Assembly (NCBI RefSeq): GCF_000025945.1
Contig: NC_006138.1
Coordinates: forward strand, 3,330,001-3,362,000
DNA: 32,000 nucleotides
Direction of reading: 5' to 3'
Source of the DNA: Desulfotalea psychrophila LSv54
GTDB taxonomy: Bacteria > Desulfobacterota > Desulfobulbia > Desulfobulbales > Desulfocapsaceae
A program made the position numbers and the translations under genes. Below the pieces are notes generated by a model. That model saw nothing but the letters and a program-made list of their open reading frames with translations, ran no database searches and was not told the origin of the DNA. Position 1 is the first letter of the stretch. The number at the start of each line of letters is the position of its first letter. Below, one piece after another: positions 1 to 9,282 of the stretch.

Positions 1-445
1 TCAAGGTCCCTCTCGGAAAGAGCAGTTCCTGCAGATAAATCGTCGACTCTAGCACCTTAACCCCATCTTTTTCGAGGGCACCAGCAACGGCACGGAGAAT
101 AGCATCATCCTGCTTTATATCAATCTTATTCCATAGGGTCAGAGCCCTAACATCGGGCATGATATCGTGAAATATCCGTGTCTTGGTGATGGTGCCGACA
201 AAGACTGTTTCACCAACCCCCTCCTTTTTGAAAAAGGAGAGGATTTTTCCCAACTGGCCAAGTTTTACCCAACAACAACTATCTGCGGCCTTAGCAACTT
301 CTGGATCCGTTTCGCTACGATGGGCAACAACTGCCACACTACGCCCGGCCCGACGAGCCGCCTCTATAAAGAGTAGAGGGAACTGGCCACCACCTGCGAT
401 AATACCTATTTTTTCCGGAATAATTTGTCTTTTAAAACCAAACAT
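1..445 (-). CDS. lpxI: LpxI (DUF1009) UDP-2,3-diacylglucosamine pyrophosphatase, N-terminal part. The C-terminus runs off the window edge.
   Basis: Absent from the ORF track because it is open at the edge. My reverse translation from the ATG (complement of 443..445) reads MFGFKRQIIPEKIGIIAGGGQFPLLFIEAARRAGRSVAVVAHRSETDPEVAKAAD...LGKILSFFKKEGVGETVFVGTITK. The IGIIAGGGxxP start and overall pattern match LpxI. It lies 24 nt downstream of lpxA on the same strand. Confidence 0.8.
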   Translation of the reverse strand, partial: MFGFKRQIIPEKIGIIAGGGQFPLLFIEAARRAGRSVAVVAHRSETDPEVAKAADSCCWVKLGQLGKILSFFKKEGVGETVFVGTITKTRIFHDIMPDVRALTLWNKIDIKQDDAILRAVAGALEKDGVKVLESTIYLQELLFPRGTL

Positions 446-468
446 AGTTATGAGAAGATCCCCTGTAG

Positions 469-1269
469 CTATTCAGTATCCGTAGTCTGCTTAACAACAC
501 CACGTTTTGATTCTCTAAAAAATGTCACCAGCTTCTCCACTTCAAGATTGTGGGGATACTGCTCATGGGCAAGATTAATGGCATCTTTCATCAGCAGATT
601 AGGCGAGCGAAAGATGAGACGAAAAGCCTCCTTAATCTCGTTGATAGTCTCACGACTAAAACCATTTCGTTTCAGGCCAATCTTATTTATACCAGAAATA
701 CGGGTATTGCCCCGGGTACCGGAGACAATAATATAGGGCGGCACATCAAGGCTAAGCCCAGAAAGGCCGCCGACATAGCTATACTCACCAATACGACAAA
801 ACTGATGAATAGCGACAAGACCACCAATCGATGCCCTGTCCCCCACCTCTACATGACCTGCCAAGGTTGCCACATTGGCCAGAATAATATGGTTGCCAAG
901 GATACAGTCATGGGCAACATGGGTATAGGCCATAAGCAGATTGTTATTACCAATAACAGTTTTACCATGCCCAGAGGGCGTACCACGGTGAATGGAAGCG
1001 TACTCCCGGATCTGATTGTCATTACCTATGATAAGCTCGGTGGGCTCACCGCTATAGCTTAAATCCTGGGGAGCACCACCTATTGTGGCAAAGGAACCAA
1101 TAAAATTTCTCTCGCCAAGGGTGGTGGGACCTGAAACCACTGAGTGTGCTTCAACCCGGCTCCCGGCACCAATCCGAACTCCCTCACCGATAACAGCATA
1201 GGGTCCAACATGTACAGAGGTATCAAGCTCCGCCTTGGGATCAATTACAGCCGTTGGATGAATAGACAT
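469..1269 (-). CDS. lpxA: Acyl-ACP--UDP-N-acetylglucosamine O-acyltransferase (hexapeptide-repeat LpxA)
   Basis: Track ORF 469..1281. The protein MSIHPTAVIDPKAELD... has left-handed beta-helix hexapeptide repeats and an LpxA-type C-terminal helical domain. I prefer the ATG at 1269, preceded by GGAGG with a 5-nt spacer, over the GTG at 1281. Confidence 0.93.
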   Translation of the reverse strand: MSIHPTAVIDPKAELDTSVHVGPYAVIGEGVRIGAGSRVEAHSVVSGPTTLGERNFIGSFATIGGAPQDLSYSGEPTELIIGNDNQIREYASIHRGTPSGHGKTVIGNNNLLMAYTHVAHDCILGNHIILANVATLAGHVEVGDRASIGGLVAIHQFCRIGEYSYVGGLSGLSLDVPPYIIVSGTRGNTRISGINKIGLKRNGFSRETINEIKEAFRLIFRSPNLLMKDAINLAHEQYPHNLEVEKLVTFFRESKRGVVKQTTDTE

Positions 1270-1337
1270 ATAGTCCTCCACTTACCCTCTCCTAACCAAA
1301 GGATCGAGGGAATTTTAACTTTTAGATTAAGGGGAAA

Positions 1338-1790
1338 TTATGAAAACGAAGCCATGAGTTCGGCCTGAACGACGACCTGATCGTCAACATAACCCTTGGC
1401 AGACATAAAAATAATGGAACGTTTTTCTTTTACCAGCTGCACCTTATAGATGAGTTGATCACCAGGCCTTACTGGTTTACGAAAACGGGCCTTATCCACC
1501 CCGGCAAAAAAGGCCAATTTTTTACCAACCGCATCTGGCTCGGTATAAAAGGCATGAACACAGCCAACCTGAGCAAGTCCTTCAAGCATAAGTACCCCTG
1601 GCATAACGGGCTCCCCGGGAAAATGACCCTGGAAATACTGCTCGTTAAAGGTCACATTTTTCAACCCGACAATTTCCTTACCGGGATCAATAGATAGGAT
1701 ACGGTCAACCATGACGAAGGGATAACGGTGTGGCAACAGATCTAAAATCCCTACAATATCTATTTCTCCTGGAGTAATAACATCACTCAT
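1338..1790 (-). CDS. fabZ: 3-hydroxyacyl-ACP dehydratase FabZ
   Basis: Track ORF 1338..1853. It contains LLPHRYPFVMVDRI and FQGHFPGEPVMPGVL, the hot-dog FabZ motifs. I prefer the internal ATG at 1790 (MSDVITPGE...), which has a GGAGAG RBS just upstream. Confidence 0.93.
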   Translation of the reverse strand: MSDVITPGEIDIVGILDLLPHRYPFVMVDRILSIDPGKEIVGLKNVTFNEQYFQGHFPGEPVMPGVLMLEGLAQVGCVHAFYTEPDAVGKKLAFFAGVDKARFRKPVRPGDQLIYKVQLVKEKRSIIFMSAKGYVDDQVVVQAELMASFS

Positions 1791-1868
1791 ATTCTCTCCT
1801 TTATCATTTGCGCAGTGATCTCTGCCCGCAAGGGAACCAAGAGACTTGCGCAAAGTATTTAATGCTTT

Positions 1869-2906
1869 TTAATTTTTTCCTGCAAGCTCTTCTACGCTCT
1901 TTTTCAGGGCACGAATATCTTTTTGCATCTCCGGAAGCTTCGTGGTCAAGACCACGGACTTTCGCCATTGCTTAATAGGCCGGGCCGGAATACCGCCAAC
2001 CACTGCGCCAGCAGACAGATTAGAGAGGACACCAGAACCTCCTGCTATCATCACTCCATCTCCTATCTGCAGATGACCCACAGCCGCAGCTTTTCCACCC
2101 ATGACAACATTACGCCCAAGGCTTGTTGAACCAGAAATACCCACCTGAGAAACAATAAGAGAGTTTTCGCCAACCACAACATTATGGGCAATCTGGACAA
2201 GATTATCTATTTTAGCCCCGGATTTTATCCAGGTCAGACCATAGGTAGCACGATCAACGCAACTATTGGCACCGATCTCGACATTATCATCGACACGCAC
2301 GGTACCTACCTGTGGACGTTTATAGTGAAAGCCCATCTTGTCAGTGGCATAGCCATAGCCATCACTACCAATAACCGTCCCTGAATGGATAGTAACGCCA
2401 TTACCAAGCTGGGAGCCATCGGCAATAGTTACATTGGCCTTAAGAAGACAATCCTCACCAATGGTCACATCATCGCCAATGGCAACCCCGGATTCTATTC
2501 TCGTGCGAGGACCAATAACAACCCGATTACCAATACTCACCAGGGCCTTAATGGTTACTTCCGAGGAGATTTGACAGCCCTCACCCACAAATGCAGAGCG
2601 GTGAATACCCTCGGGAGAGAATTCATCCTCTAGCAAAAATGTGTGGATTTTTGCCGCAGCAAGATAGGCATCATCTACCTTAATAAGGGTAGCAGGACTC
2701 TCAACCTCAACCTTACGATGCACAATAACAGCACCTGCCTTGGTGCTGGTGAGGAGATCCTGATCGCCGGCCTTTACTAAAAAGGTAATATCACCTTCTC
2801 CTGCTGTTTCAAGGGAGACAAAATTCCCCACAAGCACCTCTCCGTCCCCTATTACCTCTCCATCAACCAGCTCAGCAAGCATCGCCACTGTTATGTTTTC
2901 TTTCAT
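1869..2906 (-). CDS. lpxD: UDP-3-O-(3-hydroxyacyl)glucosamine N-acyltransferase LpxD
   Basis: Track ORF 1869..2987. It has long hexapeptide repeats plus an LpxD-type N-terminal domain (MKENITVAMLAELVDGEV...), and sits in the canonical lpxD-fabZ-lpxA order. I prefer the ATG at 2906. Confidence 0.92.
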   Translation of the reverse strand: MKENITVAMLAELVDGEVIGDGEVLVGNFVSLETAGEGDITFLVKAGDQDLLTSTKAGAVIVHRKVEVESPATLIKVDDAYLAAAKIHTFLLEDEFSPEGIHRSAFVGEGCQISSEVTIKALVSIGNRVVIGPRTRIESGVAIGDDVTIGEDCLLKANVTIADGSQLGNGVTIHSGTVIGSDGYGYATDKMGFHYKRPQVGTVRVDDNVEIGANSCVDRATYGLTWIKSGAKIDNLVQIAHNVVVGENSLIVSQVGISGSTSLGRNVVMGGKAAAVGHLQIGDGVMIAGGSGVLSNLSAGAVVGGIPARPIKQWRKSVVLTTKLPEMQKDIRALKKSVEELAGKN

Positions 2907-2943
2907 ATTGGCCCTATTAAAAAATTCACGAAAAAAGCAAGGG

Positions 2944-4113
2944 CTACTGGTATAAAAAGTAGCACCTTCGTCTCCTGTCATAGTCAAGAAGTTCAGCCTG
3001 CCACCCCTGCTCGAGCGTCACCACGGATTCCCCTGCCTCAAGTGCCTCTCGCAAGGCCCTGTCACCAAGAATGAGATCCATGGGCAATTTCTCATATTCA
3101 TACTCGTAGGGTGGCTTTTTATACTCAAATTGTTGTCGATAAACAAGCATCGCTGCCTGCAGGAGGATCATTCCTACCCGATATGAGTTAAAATCTTTTC
3201 TTGACTGTATATGAAGTTGAAAACCCGTACAGGTATTTCCTGCCCATTTCCCCGAGGTTGGCTCAAAAAGTAAAGGCCTGAGCACACAACCGGCCAGTGG
3301 ATATCTTTGCAAAAAGGCCAAGACCTCATCATGTTGCCAATAGGGGGTACCAAAGACGGAAAAGGGCAGGGTGGTACCACGGCCCTCTGAAACATGAGTC
3401 CCCTCCCAAATCACCTGGCCCGGATAATTAATTGCTGCCTCAAGAGTCGGCATATTAGGAGAAGGGGCCAGCCAAGGATGCGGGCAGTCAGAAAAATACA
3501 TATCACGGCGCCAACCCTGGACGGCAACAACCTCCAGATCGGCACCAATAGCGTATTCCTTATTAAAAAAGAGAGCCAGCTCACCAAGAGTCAGGCCATG
3601 GCGCATGGGCAGGGCATACATCCCCACAAAGGACCTGCAATCATCACGAAGGAGATTACCCTCTATCTGTTCTCCACCGAGAGGATTAGGACGGTCAAGG
3701 ATGACAATTTTTTTACCATACTGAGCAGCCGCCTGCAGGCAATAGGCCATGGTATACATAAAGGTGTATACTCGAGTACCAATGTCAGGCAAATCAATAA
3801 GCAGGGTATCAAGTTGGTCAAACATCTCCTCGGTGGGTTTTCGGTGTTCACCATAGAGACTGTAGATGGGTAGCCCCGTTGTCAGATCAAGATGATGAGC
3901 AGACTCTATCATATTATCCTGCTTTTCTGCGTAAAACCCGTGTTGTGGAGAAAAGAGACAGGTCAGTCGTTTAGCCAGTTTCTCCTGAAGAAGATCCTTG
4001 CCATAACGAAAATATCTATTGGTACAGGCCTGATTAGAGAGAAAACCTATCCGATCACCAAAACGAGTGGGAACATCCTGCTGTAAAAAAACTTCCAATC
4101 CTATTCTAAACAT
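2944..4113 (-). CDS. DUF1343 family protein (NamZ-like exo-beta-N-acetylmuramidase family)
   Basis: The 389-aa ORF contains IGFLSNQA, FSPQHGF, DLPDIGTRVYTFMYTM and ILDRPNPLGG, motifs I recognise as DUF1343. It ends 37 nt upstream of lpxD on the same strand. Confidence 0.75.
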   Translation of the reverse strand: MFRIGLEVFLQQDVPTRFGDRIGFLSNQACTNRYFRYGKDLLQEKLAKRLTCLFSPQHGFYAEKQDNMIESAHHLDLTTGLPIYSLYGEHRKPTEEMFDQLDTLLIDLPDIGTRVYTFMYTMAYCLQAAAQYGKKIVILDRPNPLGGEQIEGNLLRDDCRSFVGMYALPMRHGLTLGELALFFNKEYAIGADLEVVAVQGWRRDMYFSDCPHPWLAPSPNMPTLEAAINYPGQVIWEGTHVSEGRGTTLPFSVFGTPYWQHDEVLAFLQRYPLAGCVLRPLLFEPTSGKWAGNTCTGFQLHIQSRKDFNSYRVGMILLQAAMLVYRQQFEYKKPPYEYEYEKLPMDLILGDRALREALEAGESVVTLEQGWQAELLDYDRRRRCYFLYQ

Positions 4114-4295
4114 AAGAGTTTACCAGAGAAAGAGATGAATAAGAGAACCATTTTTACTGTTCACAATAATAGCGCTCTGGCTAAAAGTCAAAACTTCCCT
4201 GAGGCGACTATTGATGTCAAAAGGCTCGTAATTAACATTTATTAGCCTTACATTCCCCATCTCATTAAAATTAATCATTTACCAAGGAAAAAAAC

Positions 4296-5456
4296 ATGCA
4301 AGAAATAACACGACTTATCTGCCAGACAAAAGATTGCCACAGCGAAGGGGAAAAAAGGGTGGAGAGCATAAACCCTCCAATCCACAAGGCCTCCACTCTG
4401 CTCTTTGCAAGCTATGCCGACCTGGCACTTGCCAATGAGGGCAAATACCCGGGGCTGACCTACGGCACGGACCGACTTCCTGCCCAACGTGCCTTCGAGG
4501 AGGCCCTTTGCCAACTAGAGGGCGGAGAGATCTGTCGCGCCTTTCAATCGGGGATCAACGCCATCGTCCATACCCTGCAGGCCTTCACCAAGGCAGGGGA
4601 TCATATTGTAGTCTGTGACAATGTCTACTGGCCCACCAGTAACTTCTGCAACAAGGTGTTGAGCAAGTTTGGAGTTGAAATCAGCTATGCCCCATCTGCA
4701 GTTGGAGCCGACATCGCTGACTACCTGCGAGACAACACCAGCCTGATCTTTATGGAATCTCCCGGTTCCAATACCTTTGAGATCCAGGACATAGAGGCCA
4801 TTACCCAGATTGCCCGGGCAAGAGACATTGTCACCATCCTCGATGGCACCTGGGGAACCCCCCTTTATCACAGGGCCCTCTCCTTCGGCGTTGATGTCTC
4901 CATCCAATCTGCAACCAAGTATATCTCAGGCCATTCTGATATCCTCCTAGGCACAGCTACAGTGAATCACAAATATGCCGACATCCTGGCTAGGTACTAT
5001 CAAAGCCTTGAACTCTTCGCCCCCCCTGCCGATTGCTATGCAGCCCTGCGAGGCCTGAAGACCCTCCATGTCCGCCTCAAGCACCATGAACAATCGGCCC
5101 TGCAGATCGCAGATTGGCTCGAATCACAGCCGCAAACAGGTAGAATCATCCACCCCGCCCGCCCGGATCATCCGCAGCACAGCAGGTGGAAGAAATACTT
5201 CACCGGCTCCTGCGGACTCTTTGCCTTCACCTTCAAAAAAGAACCAAGTGAAAAAGAGCTCGGCGAATTTATCAATGCCCTGCAGTTATTTGGCATTGGC
5301 TATAGCTGGGGAGGCTATAAGAGCCTGATTACCGCAGGCAAATATGTAAGAAATGGATCTGATCTGAATGGTAGTACTGTCATTCGTCTTAATATTGGTC
5401 TTGAGGCAGTGGAAGACCTCTGCCACGACCTGGCCCAGGCCCTGGCAAGGCTATAA
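4296..5456 (+). CDS. metC: Cystathionine beta-lyase (PLP-dependent Cys/Met metabolism family)
   Basis: The 386-aa ORF appears collinear with E. coli MetC as I recall it. The PLP-lysine motif is SATKYISGHSD, with C-terminal YSWGGYKSLI and IRLNIGLE. An AAGGA RBS lies upstream. Confidence 0.85.
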   Translation: MQEITRLICQTKDCHSEGEKRVESINPPIHKASTLLFASYADLALANEGKYPGLTYGTDRLPAQRAFEEALCQLEGGEICRAFQSGINAIVHTLQAFTKAGDHIVVCDNVYWPTSNFCNKVLSKFGVEISYAPSAVGADIADYLRDNTSLIFMESPGSNTFEIQDIEAITQIARARDIVTILDGTWGTPLYHRALSFGVDVSIQSATKYISGHSDILLGTATVNHKYADILARYYQSLELFAPPADCYAALRGLKTLHVRLKHHEQSALQIADWLESQPQTGRIIHPARPDHPQHSRWKKYFTGSCGLFAFTFKKEPSEKELGEFINALQLFGIGYSWGGYKSLITAGKYVRNGSDLNGSTVIRLNIGLEAVEDLCHDLAQALARL

Positions 5457-5575
5457 ACTCTGATAGGAGAGAGAGGAACCATCTCCAAATCTGGAGGTGG
5501 CTGCCCCCCCAGCTTCCAGCAAATGGGCTAGGAAAGCGTCCAAGGCAATTTTTTCGCCTCTTAGAGATGAAATCA

Positions 5576-5604
5576 TTGACAGCATCCGTTTCTATTTATA
5601 GAAT
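5576..5604 (+). promoter_or_regulatory. Near-consensus sigma70-type promoter upstream of trpB (TTGACA - 17 nt - TAGAAT)
   Basis: Read directly: TTGACA at 5576..5581, a 17-nt spacer, and TAGAAT at 5599..5604. It lies 65 nt upstream of the trpB ATG. Confidence 0.55.
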
Positions 5605-5668
5605 CAGAGCCCATGAACATATCATCCTCACGACCCAAGGGTCATGATCTCTTTTTCTGGAGCAAAAA

Positions 5669-6871
5669 ATGAAAAGCATCAACGCAGAAGGTTTTTTTGG
5701 CGAATATGGCGGACAGTACGTACCCGAACAACTCCTCCCCATTCTCAATGAACTGGCCGCCACCTATGATAAGGTCAAGACCGATCCAGAATTCAGGGCC
5801 GAGCTTGATTACTATATGAAAAAATTCTCTGGCCGCCCCACACCACTCTATCACTGCTCCAATCTGAGCCGTGAACTCGGTGGGGCCCAAATTTACCTCA
5901 AACGCGAAGATCTCAATCATCTGGGAGCACATAAGGTAAACAATACCCTAGGGCAGATTCTCCTGGCCAAACGAATGGGCAAAAAGAAGATTATCGCCGA
6001 AACAGGTGCAGGTCAACATGGCGTCGCGGCAGCGGCAACAGCCGCCCTAATGGGAATGAAATGTACCGTCTATATGGGCAAGGTGGATGTTGAAAGGCAA
6101 AAGCTAAACGTTTTTCGCATGCGCATGATGGGCGCTGAGGTAGTTACAGCAACCTCGGGGCAGCAGACCCTCAAAGAGGCCGTTGATGAGGCACTTGCCG
6201 CCTGGATGGCAGATGCAGAAGAGTCCTTCTATCTTTTAGGCTCCGCCGTCGGCCCTCACCCCTATCCTCTCATGGTACGTGACTTTCAATCGGTGATCAG
6301 TAAAGAGGCCCGGGAGCAATTCCTGACCGACACAGGAAAACTCCCCGATTACTGTGTTGCCTGTATTGGCGGTGGTTCAAATGCCATCGGCATGTTTGCC
6401 AACTTCATAGACGACAAGGATGTTCAGCTCATTGGGGTAGAACCCGCGGGACGTGGCCTCAAACTTGGTGATCATGCTGCCAGCCTCTCCTTTGGCTCCC
6501 CCGGCATCCTCCACGGTTTCAACTCATATATGCTCAAGGATGAAGCAGGTGATGCAGCCCCTGTATACTCGATCTCTGCAGGACTGGACTATCCAAGCGT
6601 TGGCCCCGAGCACTCCTATCTTAAGGATATTGGTCGAGCAAGCTACGAATACGCATCGGATGCTGAAGCGGTAAATGCCTTCTTTACCCTCTCGCAAAAA
6701 GAGGGCATCATTCCCGCTCTGGAATCATCTCATGCCCTCGCCCACGTCCTCAAACTCGCCCCCACCCTTTCAACAGAAAAGAGTATCATTGTCTGCCTCT
6801 CCGGTCGAGGAGATAAGGATGTGGCCCAGGTTGCAGAGATGATTGAGCAGGGAATTTTCTCCATGCCATAA
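5669..6871 (+). CDS. trpB: Tryptophan synthase beta chain (TrpB1 type)
   Basis: The 400-aa ORF closely resembles E. coli TrpB as I recall it: [20 protein letters not shown] with the PLP lysine, [19 protein letters not shown] and SGRGDKD. A GGAG RBS sits 6 nt upstream. No trpA is adjacent. Confidence 0.93.
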   Translation: MKSINAEGFFGEYGGQYVPEQLLPILNELAATYDKVKTDPEFRAELDYYMKKFSGRPTPLYHCSNLSRELGGAQIYLKREDLNHLGAHKVNNTLGQILLAKRMGKKKIIAETGAGQHGVAAAATAALMGMKCTVYMGKVDVERQKLNVFRMRMMGAEVVTATSGQQTLKEAVDEALAAWMADAEESFYLLGSAVGPHPYPLMVRDFQSVISKEAREQFLTDTGKLPDYCVACIGGGSNAIGMFANFIDDKDVQLIGVEPAGRGLKLGDHAASLSFGSPGILHGFNSYMLKDEAGDAAPVYSISAGLDYPSVGPEHSYLKDIGRASYEYASDAEAVNAFFTLSQKEGIIPALESSHALAHVLKLAPTLSTEKSIIVCLSGRGDKDVAQVAEMIEQGIFSMP

Positions 6872-6886
6872 CTGCCCCTCCCCAAC

Positions 6887-6919
6887 CCCACCCCGCCCAG
6901 ATAGCACTGGCCGGGTGGG
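6887..6919 (+). terminator. GC-rich hairpin downstream of trpB (possible terminator, no U-tract)
   Basis: CCCACCCCGCC (6887..6897) pairs with GGCCGGGTGGG (6909..6919). That gives 10 bp with one mismatch and an 11-nt loop. It is not followed by a T run. Confidence 0.3.
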
Positions 6920-7581
6920 ATAGCCCCCCATCGCCCCCTCCTCAGCCCCAACATGACCGTCAAAAAAGATCCCACCCATCTCTTAAAAAAATATTGTCAA
7001 TAACGACAAGCAACAGTACGGTGAAAAATCGCTCCCATTATTTTTATTAAAGACGCAGTGTAATGTCTCTGTTACGGTTCATTACCGAGGCAAGGTCAAA
7101 AGAAAGCAACATTCATCACTTAGTCAGGGTGTGTCCATAATTTTAAAATGGTTAATTGTTTTACCTCACCTATTGTGTTTAAATGACGATTTTCGCAGAC
7201 TCTATCTATAGAAATTGTCCCCTCCAGCCAAAAAGGCAGAGGTCTATTGATGTCATCACTGCCAAGCCTATTAGGCCCCAAAAACTAGCAACAGGAACTT
7301 ATAAATAATTATAAGAGTGTGATTGCAGAGCTCGTCCTTTTGAAACAGAGACAGAGAAAATATCTATGAAGAACCTCGCCAAGAAAACAGGCTTAAAGAG
7401 TTGGCCTGAATAACAATTACGAGGTGAAAATATTATTCGAGGGAAAAGGCAATCATATTAATACTATACAGCTAAAAACTGTAACGAGTTCTAATCTAAG
7501 AACAAGAAAAATAATTTTGTCTCGTCCTACGAAAAATTCTTTCAACCGAGAACACAACTTTTATGGAGTTTCGCAAGGCCT

Positions 7582-8838
7582 GTGAATTATTGTGTAGAAA
7601 AAAAGCATATATACAGAGTGTTCCAAGTGGCACGGCAGCCAATATTAGATCGACAGGGCAAGACATACGGATACGAACTCCTCTTTCGATCCGGTATAGA
7701 TAAAACTTTTGCAGAAATAGACGATCAGGATTTTGCAACCATGTCTGTCGCAACCTGTGGCTTTAGCCGATCACAGGATGCAGTTAGCCAATCCAAAAAA
7801 GTATTTATCAACTTTACAGAATCCCTCATCCTGCAGGGAGCCCCTAGAGCATTGCCAGCCACCCTCGTCATCATTGAAGTACTGGAAGATACCGCACCCA
7901 GCCCGGAGGTGATCGCTGAACTCACCAGCCTAAAAGAAGATGGTTATGTTATTGCCATCGACGATTTTGAGGGAGATATCAATAATGAAGCGCTTCTGGA
8001 TATTGCCGATATAATCAAAGTAGACGTACTGGGAAAAAGCTTTGCAGAGATTGAACAGATCTACAATCTTATTAAGAATAAAAAGGCCATAACCCTGGCG
8101 GAAAAAGTTGAAACCCACAAAGACTATCAATATTTACTAGGATTAGGCTTTGATCTCTTTCAAGGGTATTTTTTCGCCACGCCAGAGAACCTTACCGGTA
8201 AAAATCTGGACACCAACTATGCCTCAAAGTTACGGGTTCTCGCGACCCTAACCACACGTAATTTGGAGTTCAAACACATAGTTGAGGTCGTCAAGGCTGA
8301 TCCAAGCATTACATTTAAGCTACTCAAGCTACTCAATTCAGCCGCCATGGGCGTCGCCATCGAGGTAACCTCCATTCGGCATGCTGTCGTACTATTGGGG
8401 CTTACCCGAATAACACATTGGCTGAGAATGGTTGTCATGTCTGACTTAACGGCATCCAATAAACCACAGGAACTTTTCACCCTGGCCCTCGGTAGAGGAA
8501 AAATACTCGAAGAGTTAGCAAAAGCAGGACAAATCCCAGAACATGACCCCAGCATAATGTTTTTATTTGGCCTGGTTTCCCTACTCGATGTCATGCTGGA
8601 TATGTCCATGGATGTGTTAGTAGACACCCTACCACTCATTGACGCAGCAAAGTTCGGCCTTACAGATCCAAAAACAAAAATGGCCCAATATCTCAATTTA
8701 TTAATTGCAATTGAAACCGTTGAAAAGAAAAATCAACAAGAACTCTGCACAAGCCTTAAAATAAGTGAAGACAGTGTATTAAAGGCAGTACTTGTCGCCA
8801 ACGAATGGACAAATGAGCTTAATGCAATGATGCTCTAG
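7582..8838 (+). CDS. EAL domain plus HDOD domain protein (c-di-GMP phosphodiesterase-like signalling protein)
   Basis: The N-terminal ARQPILDRQGKTYGYELLFRS, EVLED and IAIDDFEG are EAL-type motifs. The C-terminal half (LLKLLNSAA..., RHAVVLLGL...) looks like HDOD. The start is uncertain: GTG at 7582, or the in-frame GTG at 7618 giving MFQVARQPIL. Confidence 0.85.
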   Translation: MNYCVEKKHIYRVFQVARQPILDRQGKTYGYELLFRSGIDKTFAEIDDQDFATMSVATCGFSRSQDAVSQSKKVFINFTESLILQGAPRALPATLVIIEVLEDTAPSPEVIAELTSLKEDGYVIAIDDFEGDINNEALLDIADIIKVDVLGKSFAEIEQIYNLIKNKKAITLAEKVETHKDYQYLLGLGFDLFQGYFFATPENLTGKNLDTNYASKLRVLATLTTRNLEFKHIVEVVKADPSITFKLLKLLNSAAMGVAIEVTSIRHAVVLLGLTRITHWLRMVVMSDLTASNKPQELFTLALGRGKILEELAKAGQIPEHDPSIMFLFGLVSLLDVMLDMSMDVLVDTLPLIDAAKFGLTDPKTKMAQYLNLLIAIETVEKKNQQELCTSLKISEDSVLKAVLVANEWTNELNAMML

Positions 8839-9282
8839 ACTTTCTCAGCCCTTGAGCGGCAAGAGCGCCATCCCCTCCCCAGCCACCAGCCCCCTTGACC
8901 GTAAATAATTTCTCACTCAAAAAACTTTGCCCAAGGTGAAGCGCCCCCTTTTACTCTATCTCGCCAACATTTATCCCTAAAATAAAAACAAGGCCTCAAA
9001 AGCCTATATCTGAACGTCACCTCTTTCCCACATGCGTAACTGCACAGAAAATGGCTAAAAAAGAGAGCCAGACAGACCTGATCCTTAGCAAAGGGAGAGG
9101 CATGGCAATTCTGCAACCTCTATGGGGTGCCCTTAATACTGGTCACGCCCTATAGCTTATTAAAAAATCATCTCATATGACGAAGGACCTATACTATGAC
9201 AAAAAAAATAGGTTACAATTAAAAACATCATACTCCCCATCGCCACCGAGGATGGAGAGCTACTCAAAACCATTGAGGCCAT

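Noticed and set aside
550-1062. 170-aa plus-strand ORF inside lpxA. Similar long antisense ORFs occur at 8217..8696, 15770..16216, 17013..17603, 26754..27182, 29218..29793 and 30400..31227.
   Set aside because: Each lies entirely antisense to a gene with a clear family identity. The translations are low-complexity, I found no RBS for them, and they look like typical shadow ORFs.
1270-1281. N-terminal extensions in the ORF track for lpxA, fabZ (to 1853), lpxD (to 2987), fumarate hydratase (from 11088), TrpR-like (to 24991), DtxR-like (from 26658), SHOCT (from 28935), DUF364 (to 30051) and TPR (to 31401).
   Set aside because: The internal ATG codons usually have better Shine-Dalgarno sequences, and all match the usual family N-termini. 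Several extensions start at GTG or TTG, or overlap the upstream gene.
5629-5657. Possible classical trp attenuator: a hairpin plus T run in the trpB leader.
   Set aside because: The stem is only about 4 to 6 bp. There is a single Trp codon, and it lies downstream of the hairpin. I found no alternative antiterminator pairing. It is kept only as a low-confidence note under the trpB finding.
9103-9115. Sigma-54-like TGGCA...TGCA upstream of the GGDEF gene, and a similar TTGGCAACTGGCA on the minus strand near 26240..26252.
   Set aside because: The GG-to-GC spacing is 8 to 9 nt, not the 12 nt of the TGGCAC-N5-TTGC consensus.
6872-9282. A c-di-GMP (GEMM) riboswitch in the long leaders of the EAL and GGDEF genes.
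   Set aside because: I found no conserved GEMM-I core elements (GCAAA..GGGCAAACC / CGCAAAGCC-type segments) by eye. A covariance-model scan is needed to be sure.
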